Positions 25,701-34,668 of a stretch of 64,000 nucleotides of DNA are shown piece by piece; position 1 is the first letter of the stretch, and the number at the start of each line of letters is the position of its first letter. The notes below the pieces were generated by a model. The model saw only the letters and a list, made by a program, of their open reading frames with translations. It did not search any database and was not told where the DNA came from. The position numbers were made by a program, and so were the translations under genes. The stretch spans positions 278,814,001-278,878,000 of the forward strand of contig OZ024740.1 of NCBI GenBank assembly GCA_964016885.1, written 5' to 3'. This DNA is from Eledone cirrhosa (taxonomy: Eukaryota).

Positions 25701-26213
25701 GACAACTTCCAGAAATCTCTGGCCTGGCAGTGCTACCGAGGAGCCTTGCCAGTTCGGGATAAACTCTACAGGCATGGAGGTGCCGTCAGCCGGGCATGTC
25801 CGAGATGCGCGCAGGGCGACGAAACCGTCCTGCACGCACTCGTCCAGTGTCCGAAAATTGCTGACTTGTGGGTTTATGTCGAACACCTGCTGTCGCGTTT
25901 AGGACGGATCCAGTTATCATCTGAGTCTATCGTGAGGATTGCCCCGCCCTCCTCCTTTAGCCGGGAAGGGCAGGCAGTTTTTATCTGTCTGGTGGCCATG
26001 GCGAAAGAGATAGTATGGTGGACACGTTTGAAAGGGCTGAAGACGAGCACTTACCTCTTCGGTGATGCTCTGATTGACTTTTTCAAATTTCATTTGAAAA
26101 GGAAAATCAGAGTAGAGAAGGAAGTGCTCTCTTCCCAGCATTTTGTTGAAAGATGGGTGAGAGAAGCAAGAATGGCCCGAGTGAATGGGCCGACTCTGAG
26201 TATATATCTGTAA
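22794..26213 (+). CDS. Tx1 ORF2: APE endonuclease, reverse transcriptase, C-terminal zinc finger (1139 aa)
   Basis: SINARG, SETR, VYAP, GDWN, YLDR, TDH; SPGLDG, NFRPITLLN, DQSKAFDRV, QGCPLS, YADD; CPRC..ETVLHALVQC. Confidence 0.97.
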   Translation: MTSLRIGSINARGLGSSWKQGHLLNDLRSLNIDVVAISETRISEARAFAPIFGGYDVYASPSRPGSGGGVAVLFRRGLDLAIRAIFLDPEGKLVVLDVTSGDGQAFRLVAVYAPTGAGRPDFFRRLETFLGTSRSLVLVGDWNGILDARWDCVGLADRGGGCKSLTNLLRRFELSDRYRLDFPNVPMWTWTNRIGSSRSYLDRVFCREIDRSSIGCPQFKIVSYTDHKFVICVLDLDRLHRRGPGYWKLNASLPARKAYRDRISELVKRALTGAIVNNKWWFALKRAIRIESIRFSKALAIEKNRAEGELVRKLDEALSKGIATDVLAAKLALDQFFNAKHEGCVVRARVRALRHEGTKAVQWARVAEARRGNKATIRSLVDHDGRMLLDPGQMCEAFQRHFAQLFGGSGGPGRGMDFSVYLDGLPRLSATEAKCCEKPITAAEVREAMTGCTRGKSPGLDGLPYELYVQMPDLFGGLLADVYCNWQQNGRIPSSVSRGAVALLRKDPNKGDNIDNFRPITLLNTEFKILAKVLAKRLALVVGGLVGEAQTCAIPDRSIHDNLHLMRYIVERVAREPGTGGSLINLDQSKAFDRVDHRYLAAVLRAAGFGPVFRGWIAAMHSDICSVVRVNGHLSEPFNIMRSVRQGCPLSSLLYVLTLEPLLHKLETLRGVPRELGCGRSVSAYADDVTVVVSNAKHIEAIGTTLREYEAVTGAMINQEKSVGLQLGTWRGRSMPSNSVVGRWTDGPVKLLGVWFGPDLQTDKNWDEVTSRVASLTQKWAERKLSLKGRAEVANAYIASVICYRLTVVPCPKPRLTALERLLFRFLWKGRAPMVRRSICCQHPLRGGLGMPWLMMRRHALRLRHLHLFLDGDQVWSPFARRVFPQLVSLTELQSWVKRRPRGSAWRLECLQALTALDQSGNVIGGNSTSAFYRGLVEGKSDDVLGETLGVDENQLANLFGRTFGPGPMDNFQKSLAWQCYRGALPVRDKLYRHGGAVSRACPRCAQGDETVLHALVQCPKIADLWVYVEHLLSRLGRIQLSSESIVRIAPPSSFSREGQAVFICLVAMAKEIVWWTRLKGLKTSTYLFGDALIDFFKFHLKRKIRVEKEVLSSQHFVERWVREARMARVNGPTLSIYL

Positions 26214-26729
26214 ACTAAAGGTGGAAAACTGGGAGAGGGCACTTGCCTTGGTGGTCAGGGTCATTGTGGCTTTTTACTGGGCTTTCTCCACAAATGTCTC
26301 TCCGAAGTCTCCCCCCTATTGGGGAATTTTTCATTGTTATTTTCATTGTTATTTTTGTTACATCCTCTGTTTTTGTTTTTTTACACGCAGAAATGCCCAT
26401 TTGTACCGTCCTGCATTGTCCTGCACTGTCCTTAATGTCTACTTTATGTAAACCCTTGTGGTTAATAAAGAAATCATTATAATAGAATAAATATTATTAT
26501 TATTATTATTATTATTGAATGCCATGGTTGACGGAGGCTCGGCTCTGTAAGGTATAGTAATTTTTAACCGTTAAAACAATTGTAAATTGTTTAAAACTTG
26601 AACCAAATTGTTGATAAAGACACCCTCCTCCTCGTGAGAGGGGTCTTTCTGTCCGTTATTTGGCCCTTCGGGGTTAAATAACCAGTTATTGGGGTTTTGT
26701 ACCCAAAATTTCATTTTAAACAAAAAAAC

Positions 26730-27740
26730 ATGGCTACGAAAAAGAAATTTCATACGTCACTCCCACTCATTCCGTCTTCTTCTTCCTCAATCATCACTAC
26801 AGCAGAGAGAAGATTGTCTCTCTCCCTCCCTTCTTTAAATGTGTCTCTCTCCCTCCCTTCTCTTTCGCAAGCGACGAAAGAAAAGAAAAGTCTCGTGCAA
26901 AGCGTGCAAGGTTTCTCCACGACGACGACGACAGCGACGAAACAGGTGTGCGGGAAATACGAAAACCCAGTTCATTCGTCTGACGTCAGGAATAATAGCA
27001 GTAGCAGCCGTAATAACAACAGCAACAGTGACAATGAAAACAACAGTAGCAGCCGCAACAGCATCACCAGCAGCATAAACAACAACAGCATTAGCAGCAG
27101 CAACACCAACAACAACCACAGCAACAGCGGCGGAGGCAGTAGTCGTAGTACCTGCAGCAACAACAAAAGTACCAGCAGCTCTGACGACAACAACAACAGC
27201 AGAGAAAAACCAATCTCATTTGCAGGTATTGCGAAAAACTTGGAAACAATCCTCATAACAAATGAGGAATTAGAGGAAGCGAAGAAGATGGTGACAAAGA
27301 ACGGACACCGAGCAATCTGCAAGGCAGCGAAAAACTTTTTCGAAACCCAAGAGCACTGTACGGTCACGTACCGTACAGTAAGTACAAAATCTCGTAGGGT
27401 GGAAAGAGCCACAGAGGCCCAAATACAAAAAGCCTTGGGGTCTGTGTGGCAGAGGAAAACGCACATCACCCGAGGCAAAAAATACGCCACCGTAGACGTA
27501 CTTTTTGCCACACCCCAGGAGGCAAAGGCCCAATCAGTAGTGACCCTAAGGAGCGAGGAAATGGTGATGGTGCCCTCCTACTGCGGGCAAAAAATTGTGA
27601 GGGTCAAACTGACCCACGTCCCCCCCCGGAATGACCCCTTCTTGGCTGGCCGCGTCTGTCCTCGTCGGAATCGAGGACAAAACAACTGTACTGCAAGTAC
27701 AGAAAAAAGTAAGAGAAGATTGGGTCGGCTCCTCCATTGA
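26730..27740 (+). CDS. Tx1 ORF1a, copy 2
   Basis: Translation identical to copy 1. Confidence 0.75.
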   Translation: MATKKKFHTSLPLIPSSSSSIITTAERRLSLSLPSLNVSLSLPSLSQATKEKKSLVQSVQGFSTTTTTATKQVCGKYENPVHSSDVRNNSSSSRNNNSNSDNENNSSSRNSITSSINNNSISSSNTNNNHSNSGGGSSRSTCSNNKSTSSSDDNNNSREKPISFAGIAKNLETILITNEELEEAKKMVTKNGHRAICKAAKNFFETQEHCTVTYRTVSTKSRRVERATEAQIQKALGSVWQRKTHITRGKKYATVDVLFATPQEAKAQSVVTLRSEEMVMVPSYCGQKIVRVKLTHVPPRNDPFLAGRVCPRRNRGQNNCTASTEKSKRRLGRLLH

Positions 27741-28827
27741 GATGCTAATCCAAACCAACCAGGAGTGCATCGAAGCTATCCCGGATGTGATAGACTTCGA
27801 TAACGGCACTCAACTGCCCATAAGTGTTGAGGGCAAACGCCCGAAATGCTTTCGCTGTGGATCGAAGACTCACCTCAGGGCCTTCTGCAACGAGAAGACC
27901 CTGAGAAAGGAGAAAACCCCACTCCTTCCGAATCCGGCTCCACGGCTACCAGCAACAGGACAAGCGGCAACCAGGAACGATAGGTCCGTGGCACCCATAC
28001 CCACTCCACGGAAATCAAAGACAGCAGCAGCAGTTGAAATATTAACAACAACAACAGCAATACCAAATGCAGCTGCAACAGAGACTCCAGTACAAACATC
28101 ACCAACAACAACAAGTGAAAGAGTGGAGCTGGTACCCCTCCCCGACCTTACAGAATCAGACATGGAGTGTGAGGTGGGAGAGGGATGGCAAAAGGTTGCA
28201 AGAAGGCACAAACGCAGAAGCAGCGCATCGTCGCCTTTGAAAAGGGAGGAAAGAAATGAGAAAAGGGTAAAGTCTACTGCAAAGAGACCCACAGCAGCAA
28301 CACCACCAACACCATCACCACCCACACCAGCACCACCATCACCACCGGCGACAACCCCACCGCCAACAACACCTTCAACACCACCACCACAAGCACCAAC
28401 ATCGCAAACACAACAACAAAACACACACACCCAGCAACAACGACAAGAAAATAGCAGAACCACACCCCACCCCCAGAAAAACAAATGCACGGCAATAAAC
28501 ACACACAACAAGAAACTAATGACTTACATAATTGAACACACAGACATTTCACAACAGGACTACATAATACCAGCACCAATCAAAACGCCAACTAACATAA
28601 GACTGCTAAAAATAGCACAGAAACAATACACAAACATTAAAACGAAATTCCCCAACGCAGTTGGTGATTTCAGGGACCTAGGAGGAACCATTAATCGAAG
28701 AGTATATTCAGACATTCTCTTAGAAGAGCCGACGACCAGCCGAAGGGACGATTCAACGGTCCCTTCACCAGACGATCAAGTGAAAAGGGATGTAAAAACC
28801 ATCCCTCCTCTACCAAAAGTACGGTAA
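27631..28827 (+). CDS. Tx1 ORF1b, copy 2
   Basis: Translation identical to copy 1. Confidence 0.85.
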   Translation: MTPSWLAASVLVGIEDKTTVLQVQKKVREDWVGSSIEMLIQTNQECIEAIPDVIDFDNGTQLPISVEGKRPKCFRCGSKTHLRAFCNEKTLRKEKTPLLPNPAPRLPATGQAATRNDRSVAPIPTPRKSKTAAAVEILTTTTAIPNAAATETPVQTSPTTTSERVELVPLPDLTESDMECEVGEGWQKVARRHKRRSSASSPLKREERNEKRVKSTAKRPTAATPPTPSPPTPAPPSPPATTPPPTTPSTPPPQAPTSQTQQQNTHTQQQRQENSRTTPHPQKNKCTAINTHNKKLMTYIIEHTDISQQDYIIPAPIKTPTNIRLLKIAQKQYTNIKTKFPNAVGDFRDLGGTINRRVYSDILLEEPTTSRRDDSTVPSPDDQVKRDVKTIPPLPKVR

Positions 28828-28862
28828 GTGGTCTTTCCCATCTTTTCCACTCTATTTTAAAC

Positions 28863-31800
28863 ATGACCTCACTCAGAATAGGCAGCATAAATGCGCGTGG
28901 CTTGGGGTCGTCATGGAAGCAGGGTCACCTGCTCAACGACCTCAGGTCACTAAACATAGATGTAGTGGCCATCAGCGAGACCAGAATCTCCGAAGCACGG
29001 GCCTTCGCACCGATCTTCGGCGGCTACGATGTGTACGCATCTCCCAGCCGTCCTGGATCGGGTGGAGGAGTTGCTGTGCTTTTTCGGAGAGGTTTGGATC
29101 TCGCCATACGGGCCATCTTCCTGGACCCAGAGGGTAAGCTGGTGGTGCTGGACGTGACCAGCGGAGACGGGCAAGCTTTCAGGCTAGTGGCCGTCTATGC
29201 CCCGACAGGAGCAGGGCGGCCTGATTTCTTCCGGCGTCTGGAGACCTTTCTTGGAACGTCCCGCTCTTTAGTGTTAGTGGGCGACTGGAACGGGATCTTA
29301 GATGCACGCTGGGACTGTGTGGGATTAGCGGATAGGGGTGGAGGGTGCAAGAGCCTCACCAACCTGCTCAGGCGTTTTGAACTGTCTGACAGGTACCGAT
29401 TGGATTTCCCGAATGTGCCAATGTGGACTTGGACAAACCGCATAGGGTCATCCAGATCATATCTAGATAGAGTATTTTGTAGGGAAATAGATAGGTCTAG
29501 CATAGGCTGTCCACAATTCAAGATAGTCAGCTACACGGACCACAAATTCGTGACCTGTGTGCTTGACTTAGATAGGCTTCATAGACGAGGACCCGGCTAC
29601 TGGAAGCTAAACGCGTCCTTACCAGCGCGCAAGGCCTACAGAGACCGGATTAGCGAACTAGTTAAGCGGGCTTTGACGGGGGCCATCGTCAACAACAAGT
29701 GGTGGTTTGCTCTGAAAAGAGCGATTAGAATAGAATCGATTAGGTTTAGTAAGGCTTTAGCAATAGAGAAAAATAGAGCAGAGGGAGAACTAGTTAGAAA
29801 ATTAGACGAGGCGCTTAGCAAAGGCATTGCGACCGACGTGCTTGCGGCGAAATTGGCCCTTGACCAATTCTTCAATGCAAAGCACGAAGGCTGCGTTGTC
29901 AGAGCTAGGGTGCGTGCTCTCAGACACGAGGGGACGAAAGCCGTTCAATGGGCCCGAGTGGCGGAGGCGCGTCGTGGCAACAAAGCCACGATCCGGTCTT
30001 TGGTGGACCACGACGGGCGCATGCTACTCGATCCCGGGCAAATGTGTGAAGCTTTTCAGCGACACTTCGCTCAGCTGTTCGGGGGAAGCGGGGGGCCGGG
30101 TAGAGGGATGGACTTTAGTGTCTACCTCGACGGACTGCCGCGGCTCTCGGCCACTGAGGCGAAGTGTTGCGAAAAGCCGATAACAGCCGCTGAAGTACGG
30201 GAGGCAATGACTGGCTGCACAAGGGGTAAATCGCCTGGTTTGGATGGTCTGCCCTATGAACTTTACGTACAGATGCCAGACTTGTTCGGAGGCCTCTTGG
30301 CGGACGTCTACTGCAACTGGCAACAGAACGGGAGAATTCCCAGTTCTGTGAGCCGAGGAGCGGTGGCCCTGCTGAGAAAGGATCCGAACAAGGGGGATAA
30401 CATAGACAATTTCTGGCCCATAACTCTGCTAAACACAGAGTTTAAGATTTTGGCCAAGGTGCTAGCAAAGAGGTTGGCGCTTGTCGTTGGTGGTCTGGTG
30501 GGAGAGGCGCAGACATGCGCCATTCCCGACAGATCCATCCACGACAACCTCCACCTCATGCGATACATCGTAGAGAGGGTAGCTAGGGAACCTGGCACGG
30601 GTGGGTCCTTGATCAATTTAGATCAGTCGAAAGCTTTCGATAGGGTCGACCATCGTTACCTAGCGGCAGTCCTGAGGGCGGCTGGCTTTGGGCCCGTCTT
30701 CAGAGGCTGGATTGCTGCCATGCACAGCGACATCTGCTCTGTAGTGAGAGTGAACGGTCACCTGTCGGAACCGTTCAACATCATGCGCTCGGTCCGCCAA
30801 GGATGTCCCCTCTCGTCCCTCTTGTACGTATTGACTCTCGAGCCATTACTGCACAAACTGGAGACGTTGAGGGGAGTCCTGCGCGAACTAGGATGCGGAA
30901 GATCCGTGTCAGCATATGCGGACGATGTCACCGTAGTGGTGTCGAACGCCAAACACATCGAGGCGATCGGCACTACACTAAGAGAATACGAAGCGGTGAC
31001 AGGAGCAATGATCAACCAGGAAAAGTCAGTGGGCCTGCAGCTCGGCACCTGGAGAGGCAGGTCCATGCCGTCCAACAGCGTCGTCGGGCGCTGGACGGAC
31101 GGACCGGTTAAATTGCTAGGGGTCTGGTTCGGTCCGGACCTCCAGACGGACAAAAACTGGGACGAGGTGACGAGCAGGGTGGCTTCTCTCACCCAGAAAT
31201 GGGCGGAGAGGAAGCTATCCCTGAAAGGTCGAGCGGAGGTGGCTAACGCGTACATCGCGTCTGTCATCTGCTACCGCCTAACCGTCGTACCTTGTCCTAA
31301 GCCTCGCCTGACTGCGCTGGAGCGTTTGCTCTTTCGCTTTTTGTGGAAGGGACGTGCTCCGATGGTCAGGCGGTCCATCTGTTGTCAACACCCGCTACGT
31401 GGAGGGCTGGGCATGCCGTGGCTGATGATGCGCAGACACGCGCTCAGGCTACGGCATCTCCACCTCTTCCTCGACGGTGATCAGGTGTGGTCGCCGTTTG
31501 CAAGACACGTTTTTCCCCAGCTCGTCTCCTTGACGGAGCTGCAGTCCTGGGTCAAGCGAAGACCGAGAGGGAGCACTTGGAGACTGGAATGTCTTCAGGC
31601 GCTCACAGCCCTCGACCAATCGGGCAATGTGATCGGTGGAAACTCCACCTTGGCGTTCTATAGGGGATTAGTGGAGGGGAAGAGCGACGACGTACTTGGA
31701 GAAACTCTAGGCGTCGACGAAAATCAACTAGCCAATCTCTTCGGAAGGACTTTCGGGCCGGGGCCTATGGACAACTTCCAGAAATCCCTGGCCTGGCAGT

Positions 31801-32282
31801 GCTACCGAGGAGCTTTGCCAGTTCGGGATAAACTCTACAGGCATGGAGGTGCCGTCAGCCGGGCATGTCCGAGATGCGCGCAGGGCGACGAAACCGTCCT
31901 GCACGCACTCGTCCAGTGTCCGAGCATTGCTGACTTGTGGGTTTATGTCGAACACCTGCTGTCACGTGTAGGACGGATCCAGCTATCAGCTGAGTCCATC
32001 GTGAGGATTGCCCCACCCCCTTCCTTTAGCCTGGAAGGGCAGGAAGTTTTTATCTGTCTGGTGGCCATGGCGAAAGAAATAGTATGGTGGACACGTTTGA
32101 AAGGGCTGAAGACGAGCACTTACCTCTTCGGTGATGCCCTGATTAACTTTTTCAAATTTCATTTGAAAAGGAAAATCAGGGTAGAGAGGGAAGTGCTCTC
32201 TTCCCAGCATTTTGTTGAAAGATGGGTGAGAGAAGCAAGTATGGCCCGAATGAATGGGCCTTCTCTGAGTATGTGTCTGTAA
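28863..32282 (+). CDS. Tx1 ORF2, copy 2 (1139 aa)
   Basis: Open frame; the conserved NFRPI is changed to NFWPI by CGG>TGG at 30414. Confidence 0.95.
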   Translation: MTSLRIGSINARGLGSSWKQGHLLNDLRSLNIDVVAISETRISEARAFAPIFGGYDVYASPSRPGSGGGVAVLFRRGLDLAIRAIFLDPEGKLVVLDVTSGDGQAFRLVAVYAPTGAGRPDFFRRLETFLGTSRSLVLVGDWNGILDARWDCVGLADRGGGCKSLTNLLRRFELSDRYRLDFPNVPMWTWTNRIGSSRSYLDRVFCREIDRSSIGCPQFKIVSYTDHKFVTCVLDLDRLHRRGPGYWKLNASLPARKAYRDRISELVKRALTGAIVNNKWWFALKRAIRIESIRFSKALAIEKNRAEGELVRKLDEALSKGIATDVLAAKLALDQFFNAKHEGCVVRARVRALRHEGTKAVQWARVAEARRGNKATIRSLVDHDGRMLLDPGQMCEAFQRHFAQLFGGSGGPGRGMDFSVYLDGLPRLSATEAKCCEKPITAAEVREAMTGCTRGKSPGLDGLPYELYVQMPDLFGGLLADVYCNWQQNGRIPSSVSRGAVALLRKDPNKGDNIDNFWPITLLNTEFKILAKVLAKRLALVVGGLVGEAQTCAIPDRSIHDNLHLMRYIVERVAREPGTGGSLINLDQSKAFDRVDHRYLAAVLRAAGFGPVFRGWIAAMHSDICSVVRVNGHLSEPFNIMRSVRQGCPLSSLLYVLTLEPLLHKLETLRGVLRELGCGRSVSAYADDVTVVVSNAKHIEAIGTTLREYEAVTGAMINQEKSVGLQLGTWRGRSMPSNSVVGRWTDGPVKLLGVWFGPDLQTDKNWDEVTSRVASLTQKWAERKLSLKGRAEVANAYIASVICYRLTVVPCPKPRLTALERLLFRFLWKGRAPMVRRSICCQHPLRGGLGMPWLMMRRHALRLRHLHLFLDGDQVWSPFARHVFPQLVSLTELQSWVKRRPRGSTWRLECLQALTALDQSGNVIGGNSTLAFYRGLVEGKSDDVLGETLGVDENQLANLFGRTFGPGPMDNFQKSLAWQCYRGALPVRDKLYRHGGAVSRACPRCAQGDETVLHALVQCPSIADLWVYVEHLLSRVGRIQLSAESIVRIAPPPSFSLEGQEVFICLVAMAKEIVWWTRLKGLKTSTYLFGDALINFFKFHLKRKIRVEREVLSSQHFVERWVREASMARMNGPSLSMCL

Positions 32283-32524
32283 ATTAAAGGTGGAAAACTG
32301 GGAGAGGGCACTTGCCCTGGTGGTCAGGGCCACTGTGGTCTTTTAATGGGCTTTCTCCACAAATGTCCCTTGGAAGTCTCCCCCCTATTGGGGAATTTTT
32401 CTTTGTTATTTTATTTCAACCTCTGTTTTTTTACACGCAGAAATGCCCATTTGTACCGTCCTGTATTGTCCTGTACTGTCCTTAATGTCTACTTTATGTG
32501 AACCCTTGTGGTCAATAAAGAAAA

Positions 32525-32561
<37 letters not shown>

Positions 32562-34618
32562 GAATGCCATGGTTGACGGAGGCTCGGCTCTGTAAGGTAT
32601 AGTAATTTTTAACCGTTAAAACAATTGTAAATTGTTTAAAACTTGAACCAAATTGTTGATAAAGACACCCTCCTCCTCGTGAGAGGGGTCTTTCTGTCCG
32701 TTATTTGGCCCTTCGGGGTTAAATAACCAGTTATTGGGGTTTTGTACCCAAAATTTCATTTTAAACAAAAAAACATGGCTACGAAAAAGAAATTTCATAC
32801 GTCACTCCCACTCATTCCGTCTTCTTCTTCCTCAATCATCACTACAGCAGAGAGAAGATTGTCTCTCTCCCTCCCTTCTTTAAATGTGTCTCTCTCCCTC
32901 CCTTCTCTTTCGCAAGCGACGAAAGAAAAGAAAAGTCTCGTGCAAAGCGTGCAAGGTTTCTCCACGACGACGACGACAGCGACGAAACAGGTGTGCGGGA
33001 AATACGAAAACCCAGTTCATTCGTCTGACGTCAGGAATAATAGCAGTAGCAGCCGTAATAACAACAGCAACAGTGACAATGAAAACAACAGTAGCAGCCG
33101 CAACAGCATCACCAGCAGCATAAACAACAACAGCATTAGCAGCAGCAACACCAACAACAACCACAGCAACAGCGGCGGAGGCAGTAGTCGTAGTACCTGC
33201 AGCAACAACAAAAGTACCAGCAGCTCTGACGACAACAACAACAGCAGAGAAAAACCAATCTCATTTGCAGGTATTGCGAAAAACTTGGAAACAATCCTCA
33301 TAACAAATGAGGAATTAGAGGAAGCGAAGAAGATGGTGACAAAGAACGGACACCGAGCAATCTGCAAGGCAGCGGAAAAATTTTTCGAAACCCAAGAGCA
33401 CTGTACGGTCACGTACCGTACAGTAAGTACAAAATCCCGTAGGGTGGAAAGAGCCACAGAGGCCCAAATACAAAAAGCCTTGGGGTGGCTACGTGGAGGG
33501 CTGGGCATGCCGTGGCTGATGATGCGCAGGCACGCGCTCAGGCTACGGCATCTACACCTCTTCCTCGGCGGTGATCAGGTGTGGTCGCCGTTTGCTAGAC
33601 GCGTTTTTCCCCAGCTCGTTTCCTTGACGGAGCTGCAGTCCTGGGTCAAGCGAAGACCGAGAGGGAGCGCCTGGAGACTGGAATGTCTTCAGGCGCTCAC
33701 AGCCCTCGACCAATCGGGCAATGTGATCGGTGGAAACTCCACCTCGGCGTTCTATAGAGGATTAGTGGAGGGGAAGAGCGACGACGTACTTGGGGAAACT
33801 CTAGGCGTCGACGAAAATCAACTAGCCAATCTCTTCGGAAGAACTTTCGGGCCAGGGCCTATGGACAACTTCCAGAAATCTCTGGCCTGGCAGTGCTACC
33901 GAGGAGCCTTGCCAGTTCGGGATAAACTCTACAGGCATGGAGGTGCCGTCAGCCGGGCATGTCCGAGATGCGCGCAGGGCGACGAAACCGTCCTGCACGC
34001 ACTCGTCCAGTGTCCGAGCATTGCTGACTTGTGGGTTTATGTCGATCACCTGCTGTCGCGTTTAGGACGGATCCAGCTATCATCTGAGTCCATCGTGAGG
34101 ATTGCCCCGCCCTCCTCCTTTAGCCGGGAAGGGCAGGCAGTTTTTATCTGTCTGGTGGCCATGGCGAAAGAGATAGTATGGTGGACACGTTTGAAAGGGC
34201 TGAAGACGAGCATTTACCTCTTCGGTGATGCTCTGATTGACTTTTTCAAATTTCATTTGAAAAGGAAAATCAGAGTAGAGAGGGAAGTGCTCTCTTCCCA
34301 GCATTTTGTTGAAAGATGGGTGAGAGAAGCAAGAATGGCCCGAGTGAATGGGCCGACTCTGAGTATATATCTGTAAACTAAAGGTGGAAAACTGGGAGAG
34401 GGCACTTGCCTTGGTGGTCAGGGTCATTGTGGCTTTTTACTGGGCTTTCTCCACAAATGTCCCTCCGAAGTCTCCCCCCTATTGGGGAATTTTTCTTTGT
34501 TATTTTATTTCAACCTCTGTTTTTTTTACACGCAGAAATGCCCATTTGTACCGTCCTGCATTGTCCTGCACTGTCCTTAATGTCTACTTTATGTAAACCC
34601 TTGTGGTTAATAAAGAAA

Positions 34619-34620
<2 letters not shown>
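32562..34620 (+). mobile_element. Tx1-clade retrotransposon, internally deleted copy 3
   Basis: Both ends intact; the junction at 33486/33488 removes the equivalent of 21373-25324; followed by (ATT)15. Confidence 0.93.
32775..34376 (+). CDS. In-frame ORF1a / ORF2 C-terminus fusion ORF
   Basis: ..QIQKALG-W-LRGGLGMPW..; keeps the C-terminal zinc finger, lacks APE and RT. Confidence 0.6.
   Translation: MATKKKFHTSLPLIPSSSSSIITTAERRLSLSLPSLNVSLSLPSLSQATKEKKSLVQSVQGFSTTTTTATKQVCGKYENPVHSSDVRNNSSSSRNNNSNSDNENNSSSRNSITSSINNNSISSSNTNNNHSNSGGGSSRSTCSNNKSTSSSDDNNNSREKPISFAGIAKNLETILITNEELEEAKKMVTKNGHRAICKAAEKFFETQEHCTVTYRTVSTKSRRVERATEAQIQKALGWLRGGLGMPWLMMRRHALRLRHLHLFLGGDQVWSPFARRVFPQLVSLTELQSWVKRRPRGSAWRLECLQALTALDQSGNVIGGNSTSAFYRGLVEGKSDDVLGETLGVDENQLANLFGRTFGPGPMDNFQKSLAWQCYRGALPVRDKLYRHGGAVSRACPRCAQGDETVLHALVQCPSIADLWVYVDHLLSRLGRIQLSSESIVRIAPPSSFSREGQAVFICLVAMAKEIVWWTRLKGLKTSIYLFGDALIDFFKFHLKRKIRVEREVLSSQHFVERWVREARMARVNGPTLSIYL

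Positions 34621-34667
<47 letters not shown>

Positions 34668-34668
<1 letters not shown>

Larger units (their letters stand above)
20448..26475 (+). mobile_element. Tx1-clade (L1-group) non-LTR retrotransposon, full-length copy 1
   Basis: Starts GAATGCCATGG directly after (ATT)13; ORF1 with CCHC, ORF2 APE-RT-zf; ends AATAAAGAAATC; 6069-bp period to copy 2. Confidence 0.95.
26517..32525 (+). mobile_element. Tx1-clade retrotransposon, full-length copy 2
   Basis: Same 5' start after (ATT)8; ends AATAAAGAAAAC followed by (ATT)12. Confidence 0.95.

Noticed and set aside
20766-26264. Many antisense and alternative-frame ORFs within the Tx1 copies
   Set aside because: They are shadows of GC-rich or low-complexity coding sequence with no recognisable motifs
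20448-34620. Tx1 array as a pure assembly duplication or as a telomeric retrotransposon array
   Set aside because: The copies differ by substitutions, indels and junction sequences; there are no TTAGGG/TTAGG repeats and ordinary DNA continues on both sides
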